Shown here piece by piece: positions 1-10,761 of a DNA stretch of 64,000 nt. The notes below the pieces were generated by a model. That model was given only the letters and a program-made list of their open reading frames with translations. It made no database searches and had not been told where the DNA came from. The position numbers and the translations under genes were made by a program. Position 1 is the first letter of the stretch; every line of letters starts with the position of its first letter. Origin of the DNA: an uncultured bacterium (GTDB taxonomy: Bacteria > Verrucomicrobiota > Verrucomicrobiia > Limisphaerales > UBA8199); contig CAVVMW010000004.1 of NCBI GenBank assembly GCA_963749495.1, positions 96,001 through 160,000 of the forward strand, written 5' to 3'.

Positions 1-300
1 CGCCGCGGCGGCAGCCGACGGGCAGACGGCAACCTGCGGGGCCGGGGCCGGCGTCCCCACCCTGAACTTGATTTGCATCTGCTGCCCCGAGGAGACGGCC
101 ACCGCGTCCCGGAGCAGGCTCATGTAGTTGTCCGTGAGCCACACCTCGCAGAAATCGTTGGCCACCTCGAGCACCAGGTGGTTGTTTTCCTGTCCGCACG
201 CCCGCAACGGCGCGAACCACAGGTTGTAGGTATCAACGCTGAGCATCGAACGCAGACGGTCCTGCGCCGCGCCCCAAATACTCTCTGCGGAAGCTTGCAT
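1..300 (-). CDS. dnaA: Chromosomal replication initiator DnaA, N-terminal part (runs off window start)
   Basis: Manual translation from ATG at 300: MQASAESIWGAAQDRLRSMLSVDTYNLWFAPLRACGQENNHLVLEVANDFCEVWLTDNYMSLLRDAV...IKFRV. This fits the DnaA domain I pattern followed by a Pro/Ala linker. Not in the ORF track because there is no stop within the window. Confidence 0.88.
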   Translation of the reverse strand, partial: MQASAESIWGAAQDRLRSMLSVDTYNLWFAPLRACGQENNHLVLEVANDFCEVWLTDNYMSLLRDAVAVSSGQQMQIKFRVGTPAPAPQVAVCPSAAAAA

Positions 301-334
301 GTCTAATTCGTAAAAAGTCCGGCTTTCGGACAGT

Positions 335-641
335 TTATTCACCTGACCACTTCCTGCACCGCCATCACTGCTCCCGGGCTCGCGTTCAGCGGCCCAAATC
401 GGGGCCGAACGAAAGATCTCCCGCAAAGACCGGGATTCCTAAGACACTTTCGGATATGGAGTTATGCTCAAGCCGCTGAACACCAACCACTTACAACTTC
501 ACTGGCTGACCGGCTCAGGCATCGGTTTCTCTCTGGCCCGCTCTGCGCGGGCTGTGCCACCGTCCCGCGCACTCTCTTTTAGGCAATTGCGCCCCAACCT
601 GCGAGAAGAACATATTAACTCTTATTCGCGAGTTATTCACA
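335..641. promoter_or_regulatory. DnaA boxes upstream of dnaA (dnaA promoter and/or part of oriC)
   Basis: TTATTCACA at 633-641 fits TTWTNCACA; near-matches are TTATTCACC (335-343) and TTATTCGCG (622-630); short AT-rich patch at 611-621. Confidence 0.6.
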
Positions 642-685
642 GGCGGTTTTCGCCACGAAATCAGGCCCTTTTCGAGCGATTTTCC

Positions 686-1246
<561 letters not shown>

Positions 1247-1289
1247 CTAATGGCGAAGTCAAGCTAAGTTAATATTTGCCGAAAGGCAG

Positions 1290-1318
1290 TTGACAGGGAT
1301 AAGACCTGGTGATTAACT
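1290..1318 (+). promoter_or_regulatory. Sigma70-type promoter
   Basis: TTGACA (1290-1295), 17-nt spacer, TG-extended TTAACT (1313-1318). Confidence 0.55.
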
Positions 1319-1324
1319 TGCTCA

Positions 1325-1522
1325 AGACAGCGCATCGGGCAGGCGCTGGCGTAGCGCGGTTTGCGCGATTGGCATGGGTTCTTTGTCAGCCCGAATACGA
1401 TTTCGGTTCAGGTTCCGGGTACAGGCCTGAATCGATTTTCTCCGTAATCCTACTGTTGTACTAATTCGAAAATTCCCCGGGCTTTTCGGTCACCCCCTGA
1501 CTGACTGGCCCGGTTTTTTTTT
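1325..1522 (+). ncRNA. Candidate small RNA (or small-peptide mRNA), family unknown
   Basis: Lies between a near-consensus promoter and an intrinsic terminator; internal hairpins such as cggttcagg/cctgaatcg; no + strand gene follows. Confidence 0.4.
1477..1522 (+). terminator. Intrinsic terminator
   Basis: ccgggc..cggtca-ccccc-tgactg..gcccgg stem followed by T9 (1514-1522). Confidence 0.7.
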
Positions 1523-1581
1523 GCCGCGCGCCGCCGCCCAAATGCGCCGGCTCAGCACCACCACGTTTCACGCTTCGCGTT

Positions 1582-2181
1582 TCACGCTTCGCGCGCCGCC
1601 AGGCTCTCCGCATCATGGCGCACCGTCCGGGGATACCGGGCGAGGATGCGGCGCAGGGTCCGTGCGTCGAGGCGGTCAAGATTTCGAAAGGTGACCAGGG
1701 AGCGGGCCTGCAGCGAGCGGCGCCGCGCCAAATAAAGGAAGTCGCACAGCGCCTGTTCCGGCCCGGCGATCAGACCCTCGGCGGGGCGGCAATAGAGGCG
1801 CGGACTGACGCAGACGAACACCAGCCGGCCCAGAGGTCCCTCCCGTTGCCGGGAGCGGTTGTGCCGCCGGTTGGTGAAGCAGGTGATCTCGACCGGCACT
1901 TGCGTGACCAGGTTGCGCCGATGGAGGGCATAGAAGCCGGTGATGTAGGCCGAGGCATCGACCAGGGGCAGGAGGTCCTCCGGGGAAACACCCCGGACCG
2001 CGCCGTAGCGGCCCTGGGCGTAGCGGGCCACGACGCCGCGCCGGATCAATCGCGACAGCTCCACATTCAACACTCGCGGCGAGGCCCGGGCCGCATTGGC
2101 AAGTTCAGCCACCGTGAACACGCGCTTGCCGTGCTGTTCCTGCTGGGCCTGGAAGAACTGCTGCCATTGGAGCGCCTTCAT
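1582..2181 (-). CDS. Type IV toxin-antitoxin AbiEi-like antitoxin
   Basis: N-terminal wHTH-like VFTVAELA...LSRLIRRGVVARYAQGRY, AYITGFYALH, and PEQALCDFLY; 4-bp overlap with the upstream toxin. Confidence 0.7.
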   Translation of the reverse strand: MKALQWQQFFQAQQEQHGKRVFTVAELANAARASPRVLNVELSRLIRRGVVARYAQGRYGAVRGVSPEDLLPLVDASAYITGFYALHRRNLVTQVPVEITCFTNRRHNRSRQREGPLGRLVFVCVSPRLYCRPAEGLIAGPEQALCDFLYLARRRSLQARSLVTFRNLDRLDARTLRRILARYPRTVRHDAESLAAREA

Positions 2182-3016
2182 AAGCGGACGTTGTCCCGGA
2201 TCAATCTCAGGGCGCGGTCAAACACGGTCTTGCCGCCGCCGCCCGCATTCATGCGGCGCGCCGCCTCCGGGTCAACCTGGCTGTCGATAACGGCCTGGAC
2301 AGAGCGGGCGTGATACCCGGCGTTCTGCTCCAGGTCAGTCAGCCTCCGGCGAACCGACGAGGTCTCCAGCCGCGCCATGCCGATTTTCTCACGCACTCGC
2401 CGCGGCGAATCTTCCGTCAACGAGCACCCGTGCAGGAAAGATCCACAAAATCCCGGTGCTCGATATAAACTCGGTTAAGGCTGGCGATTATTTTCCCTTC
2501 TGCGAGGTCTTGATCGGACGGGGTTGGATAGACGATTCCGCCCGCCGTTCGGATCTCGGGAGGGTCCAGGCACGTGATTCGGGTAATCTCCAGCGGCAGC
2601 ACGACTTGGCTGGCAGCGCGCTTCATCTTCCAGAATCGAAGCTCGACAAACCGCGCGTTTGGAGATTCGGCCTCAGGCCCTGTTGGGATGGCCACCGTCC
2701 CGTCGTAGCCGAGTTCTCGGCGCACTTGGGGGACCAGGCTCCGACGGCAAAGGCGGAGCAGTTCGCCCTGCTTTTCCTGGAGGCTCCCGTCCCAGTGATA
2801 GTCTATGTCCATCGAGCGGCGGGCGCTCTGGTCCAGGAGACGGTAGCGGAAGCCGCCGATCAGGAGCAGGTTGTGCCCGGCAGGGTTCACGGCCACCGTT
2901 CGCGCGGCCATGACCTGTATCTTCTCGAGGTCCTCTCCTGAGTGGAAGGCCACGGTGGAAGGATAGATCGCGTGTAACGATTTGCAACAGAAATGTTTCA
3001 CTACGTTACCTGTCAC
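2178..3016 (-). CDS. AbiEii-like nucleotidyltransferase toxin (one frameshift near 2440; start uncertain)
   Basis: LLIGG..RL....RRSMDIDY and K..ASLNR...RDFVDL motifs. Adding one T in GATCTTTCCTG joins ORFs 2417-3016 and 2178-2420 (DLFLHGCSLTEDS). Confidence 0.7.
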
Positions 3017-3049
3017 CCGCCTCGCAGCGGAGGTTGATCGGGTTTCAGG

Positions 3050-3178
3050 GCCTTTGTCGCAGGCTTTGTCGCGACCTTTGTCGAACCCCCGGCACGATTC
3101 AACAAAGGCCCCGACAAAGGCTGCGACAAAAATGCCAGAAGAAGGCCGTTTTCCGTGTGTTCCGTGTGTTCCGTGGTT
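3050..3178. repeat. Inverted 12-bp tandem array (ctttgtcgc.../gcgacaaagg) plus 9-bp (ttccgtgtg) array
   Basis: Visible directly; the same 12-mer family recurs at 61541-61657 and the 9-mer at 6893-6956. Confidence 0.85.
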
Positions 3179-3357
3179 CTTAAGAAATGGTTAGGCGCGG
3201 ATTTGCGGTTGCGGATCAGGGTTGTCAAGCCGCGGGCTTTGGGATTACGATAAGGGGGACGTGGGTTTTAGCCGCTTAAACCGGTTGGCGCGGACGAACC
3301 CCGCGAGCAGGGTTTGAGCAGGATTTCGTGCAGGACGGACCCCGTGACGAGCAGGCG

Positions 3358-4095
3358 ATGTTACAGAACATAGGCGAGATGATGGTATTATTCTGGCGCG
3401 CGCTGGCGGCCATGCCGCTGGCATGGCGGCATCGTCAGAAGGTATTCGAGCAGTTTTTCGAGATCGGCAACGCCAGCCTGCTGATGGTGAGCATCCTGTC
3501 GTTTTTCATCGGGGGCGTGATTGCCCTGCAGACGGCGCCGGTGCTGGTCGAGCACGGGCTGGCCAGCGCGGTAGGCGGGGTGGTGGGGATAGCGATCTGC
3601 CGGGAGCTGGCGCCGGTGATGATGTCGATCCTGATCGCCGGGCGCATTGGCTCGGCCATGGCGGCGGAGATCGGCTCGATGCAAGTCTATCAGGAGATCG
3701 ATGCCCTGCGCACGATGAACATCAACCCGGTCCATTACCTGGTCATGCCGCGCCTGCTGGCGATCCTGGTGGCGCTGCCGATGCTGGTCACCTTTGCCAT
3801 CCTGGTCGGCTGGCTGGGCGGGGCGCTGGTCTGCATGCTCAATCACCGCATCGAGATCTCCTTTGCCTCGTTCCTGTCGACCTTCCAGGACGTGGTGACG
3901 CTCAACGACGTGGCCAACGGCGTCTTCAAGAGCTTTATCTTTGCCGCCGTCGTGGGGGTCGTTTCCTGCCACCAGGGCCTGATCACGCGCGGCGGGCCGC
4001 GCGGCATCGGCCGTTCCGTCACCAAGGCGGTGGTGAACTCGATTGTGCTGATCGTCATCCTGGATTACCTGCTGACCCGCCTCCTGATGAGTTGA
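3358..4095 (+). CDS. mlaE: MlaE-family ABC permease
   Basis: RELAPV, AGRIGSAMAAEIGSM, EIDAL, GIGRSVTKAVV. Confidence 0.92.
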   Translation: MLQNIGEMMVLFWRALAAMPLAWRHRQKVFEQFFEIGNASLLMVSILSFFIGGVIALQTAPVLVEHGLASAVGGVVGIAICRELAPVMMSILIAGRIGSAMAAEIGSMQVYQEIDALRTMNINPVHYLVMPRLLAILVALPMLVTFAILVGWLGGALVCMLNHRIEISFASFLSTFQDVVTLNDVANGVFKSFIFAAVVGVVSCHQGLITRGGPRGIGRSVTKAVVNSIVLIVILDYLLTRLLMS

Positions 4096-4103
4096 GCGCC
4101 ATC

Positions 4104-4886
4104 ATGAACTCACCCGCTCCCAACCAGCGCGGCGTCGGTGTCCAGGTGCGCGGCCTGCGCAAGAGCTTCGATGGCCAGGCAGTGCTCCAGGGCCTGGACT
4201 TCGAGGTCAAGCCGGCGGAGATCTTCATCATCATGGGCCCCAGCGGCAGCGGCAAGACCGTCCTGCTCAAGCACCTCATCGGGCTGGAATCGCCCGACTC
4301 GGGTGAAATCCTGATCGAGGGCCGCCCCGTCCAGGCCCCGGAACTCATGGACCAATACCGCATGGCCATGGTCTTCCAGTCCGGCGCCCTGCTCAACTCC
4401 CTGACCGTCGGCGAAAACGTCGGCCTCTATCTGTCCGAGCACCGCCTCAAACCCCCCGAAGAAATCGCCCGCATCGTCGCCGAGAAACTCCAGGTCGTGG
4501 GCCTCAAAGGCACCGAAGACAAGATGCCCAGCGACCTCTCGGGCGGCATGAAGAAGCGCGTGGCCATCGCCCGCGCCCTGGTCATCGAGCCGCAGTTGAT
4601 CCTTTACGACGAGCCGACCAGCGAATTGGACCCGCTCTCGGCCATCGTCGTTGCCGAGCAAATCGTGCAGTTGCAGCGGCGCATCGGTGTCACCTCGCTC
4701 GTGGTGACGCACGACCGCAACCTGGCCTTCGGGGTGGCCGATCGCATTGCGGTCATCAACTCGGGCCGCATCCTGACCATCGGCACGCCCGACGAGGTCA
4801 GGCGCTCGCCCATCGCCCTGGTCCAGCAATTCCTCCAGGCGGATTTCCGGCGCCCGCCAGGACCCCCCCGAGGCCAGCCGGCTTGA
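4104..4886 (+). CDS. mlaF: MlaF-family ABC ATPase
   Basis: Walker A GPSGSGKT, LSGGMKKRVAIARAL, LYDEPT; start placed at ATG 4104. Confidence 0.92.
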   Translation: MNSPAPNQRGVGVQVRGLRKSFDGQAVLQGLDFEVKPAEIFIIMGPSGSGKTVLLKHLIGLESPDSGEILIEGRPVQAPELMDQYRMAMVFQSGALLNSLTVGENVGLYLSEHRLKPPEEIARIVAEKLQVVGLKGTEDKMPSDLSGGMKKRVAIARALVIEPQLILYDEPTSELDPLSAIVVAEQIVQLQRRIGVTSLVVTHDRNLAFGVADRIAVINSGRILTIGTPDEVRRSPIALVQQFLQADFRRPPGPPRGQPA

Positions 4887-4905
4887 ACTTGGAAAGACCT
4901 GACTT

Positions 4906-5904
4906 ATGAAAAACACGCTTGAAACCCGGCTGGGCATCTTTGTCGCCCTGGTCATCATCGCCTTCGTGCTCATCCTGGAATTCCTCGGGGGCGCCGAGCG
5001 GTTCCGCCGCGGCACCCATTACCGCGCCCTCTTCAACAACGTCCAGGACCTCAAGGTGGGCGACCGCGTCAAGATCGGCGGCAAGGAGGTCGGCCGCGTC
5101 GACGACATCAACCTCCAAGAGAATGTCAACAAGGTCGAGGTCACGATCAAAGTCAACTCGAACGTGCGCGTCCACACCGACAGCACGGCCACCATCAAGT
5201 ACACCGGGTTGATGGGCCAGAACTTCGTCTCGCTGGACTTCGGCTCGGCCGGCGCCCCGGTGGCGACCGCGGGCGCCCTGCTCAACTCCGCCGAGACTCC
5301 CGACATCAGCGCCATGATGACCAAGCTGGACAGTGCCGTGGGCGGCCTCCAGAACCTGACCGCCAGCTTCACGGGGGAGAAGATCGATAACCTCCTCGGC
5401 CCCTTCACCGATTTCCTCAAGGCCAACAGGGGCCCGCTCACCGCCACCATCGCCAACATCCAGACCATCTCCAGCCAGATCTCCGAAGGCAAAGGCACCG
5501 TCGGCAGACTCGTCAACGACCCGGCGCTCTACAACTCCACACTCTCGGCCGTCACCAACTTCCAGGACACCGCTGCCGAGATCAAGACCACCGTGGCCGA
5601 CGCGCGCAAGGCCATCGACCAGGCCAACCAAGTCCTGGCCCGCGCCAACGCAGGCGAGGGCACCGTCGGCAAGCTCCTCAAGGAGGAGACGCTTTACCGC
5701 GACCTGACTTCCTCGGCCGCCAGCCTCAGGGAAATCCTCCAAAAGGTCAACCAGGGCCAGGGCTCCGCCGGCAAACTCATCAACGACCGCGACCTCTACG
5801 ACAATGCCAAGATGACCCTGCAGAAACTGGACAAGGCCACCGAGGGCCTCGAAGACCAGGGCCCGCTCAGCATGATGGGGATGTTGCTCAATAATCTGTT
5901 CTGA
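4906..5904 (+). CDS. mlaD: MlaD/MCE-family substrate-binding protein
   Basis: N-terminal TM segment, MCE domain (LKVGDRVKIGGKEVGRV, GLMGQNFVSL) and a helical tail with repeated GTVGKL. Confidence 0.9.
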   Translation: MKNTLETRLGIFVALVIIAFVLILEFLGGAERFRRGTHYRALFNNVQDLKVGDRVKIGGKEVGRVDDINLQENVNKVEVTIKVNSNVRVHTDSTATIKYTGLMGQNFVSLDFGSAGAPVATAGALLNSAETPDISAMMTKLDSAVGGLQNLTASFTGEKIDNLLGPFTDFLKANRGPLTATIANIQTISSQISEGKGTVGRLVNDPALYNSTLSAVTNFQDTAAEIKTTVADARKAIDQANQVLARANAGEGTVGKLLKEETLYRDLTSSAASLREILQKVNQGQGSAGKLINDRDLYDNAKMTLQKLDKATEGLEDQGPLSMMGMLLNNLF

Positions 5905-5910
5905 GTTCTC

Positions 5911-6810
5911 CTACTGCGCCGCGTCCCTGGCCGGCAGGCCGCGCAGGTGCTGGTCGAACCAATCCGCCAGCAGCGGCAGGTCTTTGCCGATGTCGGGCCA
6001 GCCATGTTGCCCGGCGGGTTTGACGATGAGCTTGGCGGTGGCACCCAGGGATTTGGCCTTGTCCACGAAGCTTTGGGCCTGCTGGATGGGCACCAGCTTG
6101 TCGGCGTCGCCGTGGATGATCAGGGTTGGCGGCAGGTTCGAGTTGATCCAATAAATCGGCGAGATCTCGCGCCCAAGCTGCTGGCGTCCCTCGGGCGTGT
6201 CGGAGCGCGGCCCGAACCCCGACTTGAAGTCCTTGAGGATGCCCACGCCGACGGCATCCTCGCCCGGCTTGCCGTAATTGAGGAAGTCGGTCGGAGGAAA
6301 GAAGCAGGCGATGGCCTGCACCGCGCTGCTCTCGTGGTCCACGGGGTCTTTGGCCCCGGTTGAACCCGGGCCGCCCCGGACGCCCATCGTCAGGGAAAGG
6401 TGTCCGCCGGCACTGGCGCCCAGGATGCCGATGTGGTCCGGGTTGATTCCGAACTTGGCGGCGTTGTGGCGAATGAACCGGATCGAGCGGTGGATGTCCT
6501 CGATGATTTCGCTGACGACGTACTTGGGCTGCGAGCCGTGAACGACGGTGAAGACGGTGTAGCCCCGGTCCAGGAAGATTTGAAAGAAGACCGCATTGAT
6601 GGCCTCGTGGCTGGAGTACCAGCCGCCGCTGACCATGAAGGCCAGGCCATAGCCATTGGGCTTGGACGGCTGAAATACGTCGAGCGTCAGGGCCACGCCC
6701 GGGCGGCGCCCATAGATCACGTCCTCGGTGCGCTTGAACTCGGCAGGGGTTTGCGCCAACGCCGTGACGCACAGGGCCAGGGTGAGAAGGCACAACAGGG
6801 GCTTTTTCAT
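5911..6810 (-). CDS. Secreted alpha/beta hydrolase (esterase/lipase-like)
   Basis: Signal peptide, GASAGGH nucleophile elbow, HGDADKLVP, and GQHGW. Confidence 0.88.
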   Translation of the reverse strand: MKKPLLCLLTLALCVTALAQTPAEFKRTEDVIYGRRPGVALTLDVFQPSKPNGYGLAFMVSGGWYSSHEAINAVFFQIFLDRGYTVFTVVHGSQPKYVVSEIIEDIHRSIRFIRHNAAKFGINPDHIGILGASAGGHLSLTMGVRGGPGSTGAKDPVDHESSAVQAIACFFPPTDFLNYGKPGEDAVGVGILKDFKSGFGPRSDTPEGRQQLGREISPIYWINSNLPPTLIIHGDADKLVPIQQAQSFVDKAKSLGATAKLIVKPAGQHGWPDIGKDLPLLADWFDQHLRGLPARDAAQ

Positions 6811-6892
6811 AGGTATATTTCGCCGCGGAGTGTGACGCGAGGGCCGGGACTGTCAAGAGCGATGAGCGCGCCCCAAAAGGCATTTTTTTAAT

Positions 6893-6956
6893 AACCACGC
6901 AACACACGGAATACACGGAAAAGGCCCGTTCCGTGTATTCCGTGTATTCCGTGGTT
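6893..6956. repeat. Inverted 9-bp tandem repeat (acacggaat / ttccgtgta)
   Basis: aaccacgcaacacacggaatacacggaa followed by ttccgtgtattccgtgtattccgtggtt. Confidence 0.85.
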
Positions 6957-7148
6957 TTTTATTTTCTCTCGATTGGCGCCGAAACTGAGCAGGTCCTATT
7001 CTCCCTGTTGATCTGGCACAAGAGGATTCCTTAAGCGTGGTTTTGGGGCGCGCTCGCATTGCGCCGGGCGCAGAATCTTGGTGCGATTGGGCGATTGGGC
7101 GTTTACACTCCCGGCGTTCGAGACAACGAGAAATGGGAGCATCGCGCC

Positions 7149-10100
7149 ATGCCGTCCGCACGCTATAACGAGGTTCTTGAGGCCCTGCGGGAATTCGTCT
7201 CGCGCGAGAGAATCGAGCTCGGTGCCGCCCGCGCTCGAGTCCGAGCCGATTTCGGCTTACCCGCCCATTCAGAAGTACGTTCTCGACCTGAAGAACGCCG
7301 TAAAGCCCGAGACCGCCGCCGAAGACCTCTTCACGGCCCTCTGCCAGGACGTTCCTGGGATTCCAACCGACGCGCCAGGTTGGCACGGGCGAGGGTTGGG
7401 TGGACTTCATGCTGCCCGAGCGCAAGGGCGAACCGCTGCCGCTCGAGCTCAAGCCGCTGTTTCAGCGCGACGGCCCGGACGCCCTGTGGCGCAGCGATGC
7501 CAACCCCAAGCACCACGTCGCCCAAATCAAAAAGTACCTCCGCGACCATGAATACCTGGTCCTAACGGATCTCCGGACTGCCTGGTTCTTCAACGCGCGT
7601 GATTTCTTCTTCGAGAACAGGCCGTTCGGAGAACTGCCGTTCCCCGACTTTTTCGACCGCTGCCGCGAATCCGGCAGCATCCTCGACACCTTGCGCCGCG
7701 CCGAGGACACGGCCGAGAAACCGGAGCTGGAACAGCAGTTCTTCGAGGACCTCAAGGTCTGGTTCGGTGAGTTCGACAAGGTCAAATGGACCCCGCCCGA
7801 ACAGTCCGCCGAGTCCATCATCCTGCTCATCAACAAGCTCATCTTCGCCCGGACCATCGAGGATTTTGGCCTGGTGCATTACCGCTTTACTCAGGATGAA
7901 TACGCGCGTTTTTTAAAACTCTGGGAGCCCAAGGGCGCCCATCGCGTCGTTCCCAAGTTCCTCGATTTCTTCGAGGAGTTCTTTGACGAGTACTACGATA
8001 CCGAGATCTTCTCCACGCGCGTCTGGGACCGCCTGGATAAAGACCCGGCCAACCTCCAGCGCTTTTGCAACAAGCTCAATTTCGTGCTCGGCGTCAATTC
8101 CTGGGAGCAGACCTTCAGCCGCGGCATCGTCCACTACAACTACCGCCGCATCGATGAGGACATCTTCGGCAAGAGCTACGAGATGTTCCTTGCCGCCAAT
8201 CGCAAGGATGAGGGCATATACTACACCCCCGGAGCGGTCACCGCCCCGATGGCCCAGTCCATGGTCAGCTCGCTCGCGGGAAAGCTCGTGGACGAACTCT
8301 GCGCGGCCGTCGGCAGCCAGCAGTGCGATTTTGCCCGCGCGGAGATGCTCATGGCGCAACTGGCTGAAATCCGGGTGGCGGACACCGCCTGCGGCAGCGG
8401 CGGCTTTCTCATCAAAGTCCTCCGCGGCTTCTGGCAGCAATACCAGCGCATTGACGGGGCCTGCGCCTGGGTGCAGAAGATTCTCCGCCCCGAAAATGGC
8501 GAGCTTTACCTCGCCGAACTGCCCCCCAATGTCGAGGCCGCCCTCGGCTTCCGCCGCCGCCACAACCTCGACAACCGCCGCGTCCTCATCGCGCAGCTCC
8601 TCCTCCGCCACATCTTCGGCGTGGACAAAGACCCCGGCGCGCTCGAAGTCGCCAAGACCAACATCTGGAAAGAGGCCGTCAAGCTCTCGCCCGCGGACTA
8701 CAACTACCGCCAGCTCAAGATGGAGGTCGTGCGCATCCTCCCGAATCTCGAGTTGAACTTTCACGCCGCCGACTCGCTGGTGGACGCGGACCTTGCCCGG
8801 CAGGCCGCGTGGCTGGCGGAATATCACCAGGCCGAACTGAAACGGCTCTCCGAACTGCGCGCCCGTTATATCGCCAACCCGATGCTGCACGAACCTCTGG
8901 ACGAAGCGCTCGCCCTGCGCCGGAAGGTCCGCGCCGATCTGGCCGAGCATTTCCAATCCGAAAACCTCCCTTGCGAGCCGGGCGGGTTCGCGCTTCACTT
9001 CTGGCCCTGCTGGTTCACGCCCGAGGGCAGGCCCCGCGAAGCCCCCGGCTTCGACGGCATTATCGGCAACCCGCCTTGGGAGGGGTTCAAACCCATCCGC
9101 AAGGAATTCGCCGCCGCCTTCTACCGCGATAAACCGCAGTTTCGCAAAATGGGCATGGACGGCCCGGCCTTCGACAAGTGGTTTGCCGAGGAACTCCAAA
9201 CGAACCCCGGCTTCGCCGCCCGCTGGCACGCGCATGAGGAATATTACGAACACCATAAGGAATTCTTCGGGAATACCTACAAGCACCAGGGCACCGGCGA
9301 CTGGAACCTCTTCAAACTCTTCATCGAGCGCGACCTCTCGCTCGTCCGCGCGGGCGGGCGGTTCTCGTTGCTCGTCCCCAGCGGGTTCCAGACCGATGAA
9401 GGCTGCGCCGGCCTCCGCCGCTGGTTCATCACCGAGCACCGCCTCGAGGAATTGACCTCCTTTGAAAACCGCGGCTATACCACCGTCGAGAAGGGCAAGG
9501 AGTTGACCAAACAGATCTTCCCCGACGTGGACAGCCGTTTCAAATTCGGTTTCTTCAAAGTTGTCAAGGATGCGCCTACGCCCAAGGACCACGCCTTCGA
9601 CGCTCGATTTTATCTGCACGACCCCAGGGATGTCTCCGCCACGCCGATTCGTTACGCCGCCGAAATGATACGCCGGTTCTCGCCGCACAATGAATCCTTC
9701 ATGGAATTCCGCTCGCCGGCGGATTACGAACTAGCCACGAGGATTCGTGGCAATCACCGGCTCCTCGAAGAGTTCGGCTACACCTTTCGCCGCGAATTGC
9801 ACATGACGGGCGACAGCCATTTCTTCCGCGAACTGGGGGCCAGCAAACCGGCCAGGGGCCAGCTTCGGCTCTACGAGGGCAAAATGATTCATCAGTTCGA
9901 CGCGCACTTCAGTCTGCCCACGCACGTAGTGGAGGAGGCCGAGGTCCGCGAAGAGCTGCTTCGCAAGGAGATCTTCCGGCTGGCCCAGTTCGTCCGGGAC
10001 GGGAAGTGCGCCAGGCTCGACGGGAGAGACGTACCCGAATCCCGGGAGGAACTGGAGAGAATGTTGCGCGAGATTTTCGAAAAGCGTGGATTCAAATTGC

Positions 10101-10621
10101 AGTACCAATTTGACCGCTTCGCGTACCGCGAGGTTGCTCGCTCGACCGACGAGCGAACCATCATCGCAGCCATTGTTCCCAAGGGTGCAGTGATGGCGCA
10201 CACGCTGATGTATCTCGCCCCGTACACTTATGAGTTGGATGGGGACCGATTGGGGCAGCGCAAACTCCCGGATGATGCACAGCCTGGCCTGGTTGCGCTG
10301 GCAAACTCGCTAACCCTGAACTATTACATCCGCAGCAAGGTTTCAGCGCACGTTAGCGCTTTCCAATTTCTCGAGCTTCCGGCGCCCGACACTGCCAAGC
10401 CACAGGAGGCCAGGCTCGCCGCCTCCGCCGCGCAGCTCGTGAAGAAGCCGCACGACGTCAAGGAGCGCGCCGCGCTCGAGGTCTTCATCGCCCGCGAGGT
10501 TTACGGCCTGTCGCTCGACGACTGGAAACACCTCACCGGCACGTTCACCTTCGGCAGCGGCCCGACCAAGGAGGAACTGGACGAGATCATCCGCCAATCC
10601 CTTGCCCTCTGGCAGGCCTGA
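7149..10621 (+). CDS. Type IIG-like (Eco57I-like) fused restriction endonuclease / N6-adenine methyltransferase; two apparent frameshifts in the first ~250 bp
   Basis: Nuclease-like VDFML...PLELK, G.YYTP, motif I VADTACGSGGFL, motif IV IIGNPPW, and a C-terminal TRD-like region. The N-terminus is reconstructed across frames (MPSARYNE.../ESEPISAYPPIQKY.../QVGTGEGWVDF). Confidence 0.85.
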
Positions 10622-10761
10622 GCCGGGCTATCGCATCCGCGACGTTTTGCTGGCGGTCGCGCTGCGATGTGTCCATATTCACGCGGGTGAAATCTGACCT
10701 TTAACGCAACTGTTATGGAACCGGAGGCGATGTGATGAACCAAGATGCCGGCGATATGGGG

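Noticed and set aside
1325..1522. 6S, SRP, tmRNA or tRNA identity for the candidate RNA
   Set aside because: No end-to-end pairing, SRP loop motif, tag reading frame or cloverleaf found by eye.
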